Position numbers and translations under genes: made by a program. A DNA stretch of 54,816 bases from a virus (lineage: Duplodnaviria > Caudoviricetes), in IMG/VR virus record IMGVR_UViG_3300028883_000312, positions 1-54,816 of that record; one strand, 5' to 3'. Under the pieces are notes generated by a model. That model searched no databases, was not told the DNA's origin, and saw nothing but the letters and a program-made list of their open reading frames with translations. How positions within the stretch are numbered: the stretch's first letter is position 1; the number at the start of each line of letters is the position of its first letter. Of the stretch, positions 8,158-15,937 are shown piece by piece.

Positions 8158-9748
8158 TGAAATAGTCTCCCGCTTACGGGACAAGCCAGACGCTGAACGC
8201 CTGGCCGTGGTTAATCATGCCCTGGAGCAGACCAAGGACTATGTGTGGGTGCCCAATCCTGGACCACAGACTGAGGCCTATTTCAGCAAAGCTGACATAC
8301 TGCTGTATGGCGGCGAGCCTGGTGGGGGTAAGAGTTCGCTTGTCCTGGGCCTCGCCTTCACTCAGCATCGCCGGTCGCTGATCCTTCGCCGGCAATACAC
8401 GGATCTTGACCACTTGCTTGAGGAAGCACAGAAGTTTAACGGTGGCAAAGACGGGTATAACGGGTCTCCTCCTCCCAAGCTGAAACGGCCTGATGGACGG
8501 GTCATGGACTTTGGTGCCGCGGCCCGGGTCGGTGACGAGCAGCATTGGATGGGGCGACCGCATGACTTTATCGGCGTGGATGAGGCTACTCAGTTCGCTG
8601 AGCTGCAAATCCGCTTCCTGATGGGCTGGTGCCGTAGCGCCAAGGAGAGCAACGAAAAGCCACAACGGACGCGCGTTGTCTTGGCCACGAATCCCCCGCT
8701 GACAGCAGAAGGCTTGTGGATCACCGAGATGTTTGCCCCGTGGCTGGATGATAAATTCCCTGATCCCGCCAAGCCCGGTGAACTGCGTTATGCGATTGTC
8801 CCAGAGGATAAAGAGGTCTGGGTGGACGGTCCTGATCCGGTGTGGGATGAGGGGAAAAACAAATACCTGCAGCCGAAATCCTATACCTATGTCCCTGCCT
8901 CATTGAACGACAACCCTTTCCTCACTGGTACAGGGTACGAGAAGGACTTGGATGCACTGCCCGGTGAGATACACAGCGTCCTGATGGGCGGGTTCAAAAA
9001 TACCTTCCGTGATGCGCCTGACCAGATTATCCCAACAGAATGGGTGAGACTCGCACAGCAGCGCTGGCGCCCTGAACCTCCCAAAGATGTCCCGATGTGC
9101 GCCATGGGCGTGGACTGTACGGGGGGCGGTACCGACTCAATGGTCATTGCTCCCCGGTATGACGGGTGGTATGCGCCATTTATTGAGATACCGGGCAAAG
9201 AGATGCCCAGGGATGCGATTAACAAGACCACTGCCGGCCATATCGTGTCCAATCGTCGTGATTCGGCTGCGGTTGTGATCGATCTCGGTGGTGGTTACGG
9301 TAGCGGCGCGTATGAAATCCTTGTGGATAATGAGATCGAGACCATCGGCTACAAGGGTGCTGAGACCAGTACCAAGCGTAGCCGTGACGGAAAACTGAAA
9401 TTCACCAACACGCGATCAGCGGCCATCTGGTTATTTCGTGAAGCCCTGGACCCTGACCAGCCCGGGGGGTCTCCGATTGCACTGCCCCCGGACAATGAGG
9501 TGCTTGCAGATTTAACGGCCCCGACATTCAAGGTGAAATCCAACGGTATCCAGGCGGAATCAAAAGAGGATGTGTGCGACAGGCTGGGACGGTCAACGAA
9601 TAAGGGCGATGCGGTGATACAGGCATGGCATTACGGACCCAAGGAAACTACGCATGCCCTGGAGTTCCTGAACCGCAAAGAGCAGAAGGCACTGCGGGGC
9701 CAAGCACCAAAGATCATCATGGGGCGTCAACACGCCAAGAGGAGGTAG
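8141..9748 (+). CDS. terL: Terminase large subunit
   Basis: PGPQ Q-motif, Walker A YGGEPGGGKS, Walker B FIGVDEA, ATNP coupling motif, nuclease MGVD and LGRSTNKGDA. Confidence 0.92.
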   Translation: MSASLDEIVSRLRDKPDAERLAVVNHALEQTKDYVWVPNPGPQTEAYFSKADILLYGGEPGGGKSSLVLGLAFTQHRRSLILRRQYTDLDHLLEEAQKFNGGKDGYNGSPPPKLKRPDGRVMDFGAAARVGDEQHWMGRPHDFIGVDEATQFAELQIRFLMGWCRSAKESNEKPQRTRVVLATNPPLTAEGLWITEMFAPWLDDKFPDPAKPGELRYAIVPEDKEVWVDGPDPVWDEGKNKYLQPKSYTYVPASLNDNPFLTGTGYEKDLDALPGEIHSVLMGGFKNTFRDAPDQIIPTEWVRLAQQRWRPEPPKDVPMCAMGVDCTGGGTDSMVIAPRYDGWYAPFIEIPGKEMPRDAINKTTAGHIVSNRRDSAAVVIDLGGGYGSGAYEILVDNEIETIGYKGAETSTKRSRDGKLKFTNTRSAAIWLFREALDPDQPGGSPIALPPDNEVLADLTAPTFKVKSNGIQAESKEDVCDRLGRSTNKGDAVIQAWHYGPKETTHALEFLNRKEQKALRGQAPKIIMGRQHAKRR

Positions 9749-9750
9749 CC

Positions 9751-10041
9751 ATGTCAAGTTTAGTATCAGGAGGCGGTCTTTTCAGCAAGAGGGGCAGAAG
9801 GAATTTACAGAATATCCTCTCCGGCAATCCCGTGCTGGCGCCATTGAACACGATCATGGGCGGGGACGAGCCCGAGACCATTACTCCTCCCGCCGCGGAG
9901 CCCACGCCATTGATGCCGATACCCGATGAGGCTGCGGCAAAGATCAAGGCACAGAAGGGGCAAGTCAGCCGGCGCCGTCGCAAGCTGACACGTGCTAACA
10001 CGATATTGAGCGACACATCGCAGACAGGGTTGGGCGGATGA
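9751..10041 (+). CDS. Small pre-portal virion assembly protein
   Basis: GAGGAGG RBS; Pro-rich then RRRRK...TILSD...LGG C-terminus typical of pre-portal genes of T7/BPP-1-like podophages. Confidence 0.6.
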   Translation: MSSLVSGGGLFSKRGRRNLQNILSGNPVLAPLNTIMGGDEPETITPPAAEPTPLMPIPDEAAAKIKAQKGQVSRRRRKLTRANTILSDTSQTGLGG

Positions 10042-11660
10042 ATATCAAACAGCTGATCGAACAGGTTGGCGGTCTTTTCACCAAGCGCTCCCGGTATGAG
10101 CACTTGCTGCAGGAGATCGCGGAGAATTTCTACCCTGAGCGGGCGGACTTCACTGTTATCCGCGACATCGGGGATGAGTACGCCTCCAACCTCTCATCCA
10201 GCTATCCCCTATTGGTGCGGCGTGAATTAGGCAACCAGATTGGTATGTTCCTGCGGCCTACGGATAAAGCGTGGTTCCATATGGGCCTGGTTGACGAAGA
10301 GCGCGAGGACAATGACTCCAAGCGCTGGATGCAGTGGGCAACCAACACCATGCGCCGCGCTATGTACGATAGACGGACGCAATTCACCCGTGCAACCAAG
10401 GAAGGGGACCATGACTATGCGGCATTCGGACAGAACGTGGTGTCCTGTCGGCTGAACCGTGACGCCGATGGATTGCTATACCGTGACTGGCATCTACGTG
10501 ACTGCGCTTGGACGGAGAACGAGGAAGGTGGGTTCGCTATCTTTGCGCGCAAATGGAAGCCCCAGGCTCATGAGCTGTACCGCTTGTTCGGGGACCGTAT
10601 TGGGCAAAAGGCTGTCGATAGGGCGACCAGGGAGCCGTTCAGCACGATTACCTGCTATCACATCATGATCGAGGCTCATCTGTATGACGATGACGCCAAG
10701 GGGCGTCCGTATTGGTCGATCTACTACAACCTGGACGATGAGCAGGAGATTGAGATCGTACCCCAGTGGATCAATGAATATAACATCGCACGGTGGCAGA
10801 CAGTCTCTGGATCACAATACGCCTACTCCCCTGCAGCAATAGCAGGGCTCCCGGACGCCAGGCTGATCCAGGCCATGACCTATACCCTGCTTGAGGCGGG
10901 TGAGAAGTTCACCAACCCGCCCATGATCGCAACCCAGAACGTGGTGAAATCGGACATTTCGATCTATGCCGGCGGCGTAACCTGGGTGGACCAGGAATAT
11001 GATGAGCGCTTGGGCCAGGCCTTGAGACCCATAACCCAGGACTACAAAGGCATGCCGATGGGTGTTGAGATGTTGCGTGACACACGCACCATGCTTACTG
11101 ATGCGTTCTACCTGAACAAACTGGCCTTGCCTCAGCGCGAGGCGGACATGACCGCGTATGAGGTCGGGCAACGGGTCCAGGAGTACATCCGCGGTGCGCT
11201 GCCAATCTTTGAGCCCATGGAGATGGACTACAACGGTGGTCTGTGCGAACTGACATTCGAGACCATGTTGCGGGCGGGGGCGTTTGGTGATCCCAGGAAC
11301 ATGCCCAGAAACCTGCAGGGCGCTGAGTTCCATTTCCGTTTCGAGTCTCCCCTGCATGATGCGATTGAGCAGCAGAAGGGACAGAAGTGGCTGGAAGCCA
11401 AGGCGATTATCGCCGAGTCGGTGGCCCTTGACCCGAGCACGGCAGGACTCCTTGATGCCAAAGAGGCCTTGCGCGATGTCCTTGAAGGAATCGGCACACC
11501 TGCCAAGTGGATGCGCAGCAAGCAAGCGGTTACTGCGTATGAGCAACGAATCCGGGAACAGCAAGAGAGCGAGCAAATGCTGGCCGAGATGGAGCAGGGT
11601 GCTGGTATTACCGAAACATTAGCCAAGGCCAATACTGAGTTGGCCAGGACGGGCACGTGA
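10038..11660 (+). CDS. Portal (head-to-tail connector), T7 gp8/BPP-1 type
   Basis: 540 aa; WF..., ARW...SGSQYAYSP, MTAYEVGQRVQE, FESPL motifs; synteny. Confidence 0.9.
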   Translation: MNIKQLIEQVGGLFTKRSRYEHLLQEIAENFYPERADFTVIRDIGDEYASNLSSSYPLLVRRELGNQIGMFLRPTDKAWFHMGLVDEEREDNDSKRWMQWATNTMRRAMYDRRTQFTRATKEGDHDYAAFGQNVVSCRLNRDADGLLYRDWHLRDCAWTENEEGGFAIFARKWKPQAHELYRLFGDRIGQKAVDRATREPFSTITCYHIMIEAHLYDDDAKGRPYWSIYYNLDDEQEIEIVPQWINEYNIARWQTVSGSQYAYSPAAIAGLPDARLIQAMTYTLLEAGEKFTNPPMIATQNVVKSDISIYAGGVTWVDQEYDERLGQALRPITQDYKGMPMGVEMLRDTRTMLTDAFYLNKLALPQREADMTAYEVGQRVQEYIRGALPIFEPMEMDYNGGLCELTFETMLRAGAFGDPRNMPRNLQGAEFHFRFESPLHDAIEQQKGQKWLEAKAIIAESVALDPSTAGLLDAKEALRDVLEGIGTPAKWMRSKQAVTAYEQRIREQQESEQMLAEMEQGAGITETLAKANTELARTGT

Positions 11661-12001
11661 CAAAACGCAAGACAGTAACAAAGCCGCAAAAGGAAAATCC
11701 AAACCGGCCAAGCAACAAAGAGCCGGCACTGCACAAAGAGCCGTATGCGCCAGCCGAGTTTGAATTAGCCGATGCGGTGTCATTGCAAGCCCTACAGCGG
11801 GGGCAGGCGACGGAGGACCAGCAGAAACGCGCCCTGGACTGGATTGTCAGAACAGCCGCCTGTACCTATGACCTGTCCTATCGTCCGACCAATAACGGGG
11901 ATACCGATTTTGCAGAGGGCAAGCGTTTCGTGGGCCTGAGCATCGTCAAACTACTGAACATCAATACAGCAAAGCTGAGAGGAGAGAGCAATGTGGCTTA
12001 A
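11657..12001 (+). CDS. Conserved post-portal protein (Bbp19-like)
   Basis: TDFAEGKRFVGLSI motif; position between portal and scaffold. Confidence 0.65.
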   Translation: MTKRKTVTKPQKENPNRPSNKEPALHKEPYAPAEFELADAVSLQALQRGQATEDQQKRALDWIVRTAACTYDLSYRPTNNGDTDFAEGKRFVGLSIVKLLNINTAKLRGESNVA

Positions 12002-12938
12002 ATATTTACGCAAGTGGCAAGAGGAAGAGGCCGGCGGTGAGGGTGGCGCCGGCGAAGGTGCCGAGGGTGACGCTGGTAATGCTGGTGAAGGCGGAGAAGG
12101 CGGAGAAGGCGGTGAGGGTGGAGAAGGCGGTGGTGTAACCCCTAAGTGGCCCGATAACTGGCGTGAGCTGTATGCCGGCGACGACAAAAAGAAACTAGAG
12201 GGACTGTCCCGATTCCGCTCCCCGGAAGCTGCGTTTGACTCGTATTTCTCCGCCCAACAGAAAATCCGCGAGGGCGTGCTTAAATCCGCCTTGCCCGAGG
12301 ACGCGACCGAGGAACAGTTGAAGCTGTGGCGCGAGGAACACGGTATCCCAGAATCACCAGAGAAATATGACCTGACATTCGATGATGGCACGGTGATCGG
12401 CGAAGAGGACAAGCCCGCTATCGATAGCCTGCTCAAAGCAGTGCATGGATCTCACTTCAACAACGACCAGGCCAAGGCCGTGATCAAGTGGTATTACAGC
12501 GAGCTTGAGGAACAACAGGCAGCAGAGAAGGAAGCGGACGCGGCACACAAGACCGAGACTGAGGACGCGCTGCGTGCGGAGTTCGGTGCGGACTACCGGC
12601 GCAATGTGAACATGGTGCATGGTCTGCTGGATACCGCGCCCGAAGGCTTAAAAGACCGGATACTGGGCGCCCGCGATGCCGAGGGTAAAGGCCTGTTCAA
12701 TGATCCTGACTTCAATAAGTTCATGGTGGACCTTGCCCTCAAGATCAATCCAATCAATACCCTGGTGCCAAATAATGGCGGTGACATCATGGGATCGATT
12801 GAAAGCGAGCTGGCCAAGTACACGGAATGGATGAAAGCGCCGACAGGCAGTGAGGACCACAAAAAGTACTGGAAGGATGAGAAGGTGCAGGAACGCTATC
12901 GTCAGCTGTTAGCGGCCAAGGAGAGAAGTGCGGCATAA
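11991..12938 (+). CDS. Capsid scaffolding protein
   Basis: Acidic Gly/Glu-rich N-terminus (GGE repeats), GIPESPEKY, LRAEFGADY, C-terminal YW...HK segment; precedes the capsid gene. Confidence 0.75.
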   Translation: MWLKYLRKWQEEEAGGEGGAGEGAEGDAGNAGEGGEGGEGGEGGEGGGVTPKWPDNWRELYAGDDKKKLEGLSRFRSPEAAFDSYFSAQQKIREGVLKSALPEDATEEQLKLWREEHGIPESPEKYDLTFDDGTVIGEEDKPAIDSLLKAVHGSHFNNDQAKAVIKWYYSELEEQQAAEKEADAAHKTETEDALRAEFGADYRRNVNMVHGLLDTAPEGLKDRILGARDAEGKGLFNDPDFNKFMVDLALKINPINTLVPNNGGDIMGSIESELAKYTEWMKAPTGSEDHKKYWKDEKVQERYRQLLAAKERSAA

Positions 12939-12961
12939 AAAGAGCGGGCCCGAAGGCCCGC
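12937..12961 (-). terminator. Rho-independent terminator of the minus-strand moron
   Basis: Minus strand GCGGGCC-TTCG-GGCCCGC followed by TCTTTTT. Confidence 0.8.
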
Positions 12962-12966
12962 CTAGG

Positions 12967-13197
12967 TTATGCCGTCATGGCGCGAATCTGATCAACGGTT
13001 TCCGTCACCTTGTTGGAGGTGCTGACATACGAGCACCATCCAGCATCGTCTGGCCATACCTGCACGATGACCATGCTCCCATTGACTGCCCAGAATTCCA
13101 GCTCAGTATCATTCGGACCCTCACAGGAGTTGATACAGCAACCGCCAAGTTCATCGCGCATGACGCCGTTGATCTGCTTTCTCACTGATCTGTTCAT
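12967..13197 (-). CDS. Moron-like hypothetical protein (76 aa)
   Basis: Antisense to the head operon, with its own GGAGA RBS, extended -10 promoter and terminator. Confidence 0.65.
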   Translation of the reverse strand: MNRSVRKQINGVMRDELGGCCINSCEGPNDTELEFWAVNGSMVIVQVWPDDAGWCSYVSTSNKVTETVDQIRAMTA

Positions 13198-13246
13198 GAT
13201 GGTTCTCCAAGTTGTTAAAGAACTGCCAGCGCTCACTGGCAACCCT

Positions 13247-13255
13247 ATTATACCA
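13247..13255 (-). promoter_or_regulatory. Extended -10 promoter (TGGTATAAT) for the moron
   Basis: Perfect TGnTATAAT about 50 nt upstream of ATG 13197. Confidence 0.65.
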
Positions 13256-13373
13256 AACGGGTTTTTGAGAAATTGCTGATTTGCCTATAACTATAGCGTT
13301 TGCGGGAGCTACGGTCATTGATTTCATTGAGAAAAGAAATTGCTTGACACGCACTTGGCCAAATTCCGAAAAC

Positions 13374-13391
13374 CTAACGCAACGGCGTTTG
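13374..13391 (+). promoter_or_regulatory. Late-promoter box 2
   Basis: CTAACGCAACGGCGTTTG; TAGAAT at 13416-13421; upstream of the capsid gene. Confidence 0.65.
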
Positions 13392-13462
13392 CTCCTTTAT
13401 CAGTCCAGTGATACATAGAATAGGACTCTGCTTATTTGAGCAGACATTTATGTACCAAAGCA

Positions 13463-13552
13463 CGGCCCCGGAGGGTCGAAGCCAGCCCCTGATAAGGCAA
13501 ACCTGGCGACGGCAGCGACGGCCAACCCGATGCACGGTTACGACAACGTAGC
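13463..13552 (+). ncRNA. Structured 5' leader of the major capsid gene
   Basis: Nested pairings CGG/CCG, GTCG/CGAC and GCCAG/CTGGC, plus a GTTACG-ACAA-CGTAGC hairpin before the AAGGAGG SD. Confidence 0.35.
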
Positions 13553-13566
13553 AAAGGAGGCCGACA

Positions 13567-14415
13567 ATGGCTGATACAGCATATCAAACGCAGTACCGCC
13601 AAGAGTTCATTGCGGGATTCGAGCAGAGACAATCTATTCTGCGCGAGACCGTGACGACCGAGGCGGTCTTTAAAGGCAACCAGGCTGTGTTCCTGGTCGC
13701 TGATTCGGGTGATGCGGAGGCTGTCAAGCGTGGTGTCAATGGTCTTATCCCAGCGCGAGCTGACGATAACACCCAGAACACGGCGACCTTGGAAGATTGG
13801 AACGATCTGGTCCGCAAAACCAATTTCAACGTGTTCGCATCGCAGGGCAATCAACGCCAGATCATGCAACAGACCACCATGGGCGTGGTCAACCGCAAGA
13901 TCGATCAGACGATTATCACTACCGCTAATACCGGTACGGTAACAGTCGGGACAAGCTCCACTATCCCCTCGGTGAGTACGTTCCAACACGCGCGCGTTAA
14001 GTTATCCAATGCGTCCGTCCCCTGGGACTCGAACATCACTCTACTCTGCCAACCGTCCTTTTTGGCATACCTGGAACAGGCGCCTGAATTCGCCAATGCC
14101 GAGTATATCAATCTGAGGCCGTATGCCGGACAAGACCCATCGTGGCGTGACAAGCCGATGGCCTACCGGTGGCGCAATGCCCTTATCTGTGAACATCCCA
14201 ACCTGCCTGGCAAAGGGACATCGAGCGAGAAATCGTTTATGTACCATAAGTCAGCGATTGGGCATGCCGCTAACACTGATGGCATGGACTCGATGGTAGG
14301 GTTTGACGAGGAGCAAAACTACTCGTGGGCGCGGTGTACCATTTTCATGGGTGCCGTATTGATGCAAAACGCTGGTGTTGTCGTGATCACTCACGATGGC
14401 TCTGCTTACGCTTAA
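13567..14415 (+). CDS. Major capsid protein
   Basis: Follows the scaffold, strong SD; QYRQEFIAGFEQRQS.LR.TV N-terminus; FMYHKSAIGHA and GAVLMQNAGVVVI C-terminus. Confidence 0.85.
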   Translation: MADTAYQTQYRQEFIAGFEQRQSILRETVTTEAVFKGNQAVFLVADSGDAEAVKRGVNGLIPARADDNTQNTATLEDWNDLVRKTNFNVFASQGNQRQIMQQTTMGVVNRKIDQTIITTANTGTVTVGTSSTIPSVSTFQHARVKLSNASVPWDSNITLLCQPSFLAYLEQAPEFANAEYINLRPYAGQDPSWRDKPMAYRWRNALICEHPNLPGKGTSSEKSFMYHKSAIGHAANTDGMDSMVGFDEEQNYSWARCTIFMGAVLMQNAGVVVITHDGSAYA

Positions 14416-14427
14416 AGGAGGCTGACC

Positions 14428-14754
14428 ATGGCTTACAGTGGATCAACAGCATCGTCATCGGTTGCCAATCCTCCGTCACTGATCGGCGGCCCTCTGACAC
14501 GGGGCTCCAGCTCAGGACCAAACCCGCGTGGTGGACAAACGTGGCACTACACGTCCACGGACGGGTCAACCGTCACCTCCGCGTCTGCCTATTTTACCGA
14601 TGCTTGGTATTTGGGTATGCGTCCGAGTGACGTGATTTTTGGCACCTACCAAAGTTCGGTCGGTTCTACTGACCGGTATTCTTATCGATTGATTGTGACG
14701 TCTGTCACGACCGCTGGCGCAGTGTGTTCGACTGCCCAGATGTCAACAGGCTAA
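14428..14754 (+). CDS. Ser/Thr-rich head decoration/cement-like protein
   Basis: Directly after the capsid gene and before its terminator; AAGGAGG RBS; YFTDA..LGM..SDV; about 33% S+T. Confidence 0.7.
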   Translation: MAYSGSTASSSVANPPSLIGGPLTRGSSSGPNPRGGQTWHYTSTDGSTVTSASAYFTDAWYLGMRPSDVIFGTYQSSVGSTDRYSYRLIVTSVTTAGAVCSTAQMSTG

Positions 14755-14773
14755 ACCTCCAATCGGTATTGAC

Positions 14774-14803
14774 ACCAGGGGAGGGCAACTTCCCCTGGTT
14801 TTC
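14774..14803 (+). terminator. Rho-independent terminator after the capsid genes
   Basis: ACCAGGGGAG-GGCAAC-TTCCCCTGGT followed by TTT. Confidence 0.7.
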
Positions 14804-14818
14804 CCTTGAGGAGGCACT

Positions 14819-15280
14819 ATGCCCGCAGTCGAGAGAGCACAACCTATCCGCCCTATCCGTATGGGGCAAGCCGAACATGAACGCAATTACTGGGTGATTA
14901 CTACCGAGCCCGAAATTACCAAAGACGACTTACTTAACCCGGAATACTGGGCTAATGTCAGCAACCGACTGAAACCCTGGGACCGCATTGAGGTCCGCTC
15001 CGACGATGGCGCGATATTCGCAGAGCTGGTGGTGATTTCCAGCGGTCGCGTGTGGGCACGAGTTGAATGCCTGCAGTTCTACGACTTTGCCAAGAAGGTC
15101 AAACTCTCCGAGGTTAAGGAGGATGACCGGTATGACGAGTTTGAAGTGAAGTATGCCGGTCCCAAGATCAAATTCCGTATCATCCGTAAAAAGGACCAGG
15201 AGATGATCAAAGAGGGCATCCAGTCCAAGGATGAGGCCAATGCCTTCCTGAAACAGTATTTGAGTACCATTTACAAGTGA
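14819..15280 (+). CDS. Hypothetical protein (morphogenesis module)
   Basis: GAGGAGG RBS; 153-aa ORF. Confidence 0.7.
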   Translation: MPAVERAQPIRPIRMGQAEHERNYWVITTEPEITKDDLLNPEYWANVSNRLKPWDRIEVRSDDGAIFAELVVISSGRVWARVECLQFYDFAKKVKLSEVKEDDRYDEFEVKYAGPKIKFRIIRKKDQEMIKEGIQSKDEANAFLKQYLSTIYK

Positions 15281-15933
15281 GCACCAGCAAACTCGAACTG
15301 TATAACGACGCGCTTATGATCTGTGGTGAGCGATTGCTGCATACCACCACGGGTCTGACCGAAGAGCGCGAACCTCGCCGGCTCCTGGACCATGTGTGGG
15401 ACAGCGAGGGTGTCGATGCTTGCCTTGAAGCAGGACAGTGGAAGTTTGCCATGCGCACGGTAATGATCGATTACGATCCTGATATTACCCCTGAGTTCGG
15501 GCTTCAACGCGCTTTCGCTAAGCCAGATGACTGGATCAACACCTCAGCGTTATGCAGTGATGAGTATTTCAACGTACCACTGCTGCAGTATGTCGATGAA
15601 GCCGGGTATTGGTATGCGGAGCTGGACACGATCTACGTGCGGTATGTGTCCAATGATGCTAATTATGGGGGGGATCTGTCTCTATGGCCGTCCCGGTTTA
15701 CCAATTATGTGGCCGCTTACTTTGCCGATAAGATCATCCTAAAACTGACCAGCGATAAGGAGAGGATTGATAAAGTCGAAAAGAAACTGGAAAAGAATCT
15801 CCTCCTGGCCAAGTCCAGTGACGCCATGGCCGGACCTACGGTATTCCCCCCTCAAGGCGGGTGGAGCCAATCCCGCCAAGGCTACTCACGATCCCGCCGG
15901 GACAGGGGCAGTCGTGGGCAGCTGATAGGATAG
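15277..15933 (+). CDS. Tail tubular protein A / adaptor (T7 gp11-like)
   Basis: LELYNDALMICGE, WKFAM, AKPDD motifs; synteny. Confidence 0.75.
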   Translation: MSTSKLELYNDALMICGERLLHTTTGLTEEREPRRLLDHVWDSEGVDACLEAGQWKFAMRTVMIDYDPDITPEFGLQRAFAKPDDWINTSALCSDEYFNVPLLQYVDEAGYWYAELDTIYVRYVSNDANYGGDLSLWPSRFTNYVAAYFADKIILKLTSDKERIDKVEKKLEKNLLLAKSSDAMAGPTVFPPQGGWSQSRQGYSRSRRDRGSRGQLIG

Positions 15934-15937
15934 TCCC

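Noticed and set aside
12020-12135. Collagen-like or VNTR repeat
   Set aside because: GGE low-complexity linker typical of a scaffold N-terminus
13495-13545. c-di-GMP-I (GEMM) riboswitch suggested by GGCAAAC...GACG...GGTTAC
   Set aside because: Lacks the GCAAAGC junction, the GNRA/receptor pair and the second hairpin; kept only as an unassigned structured leader
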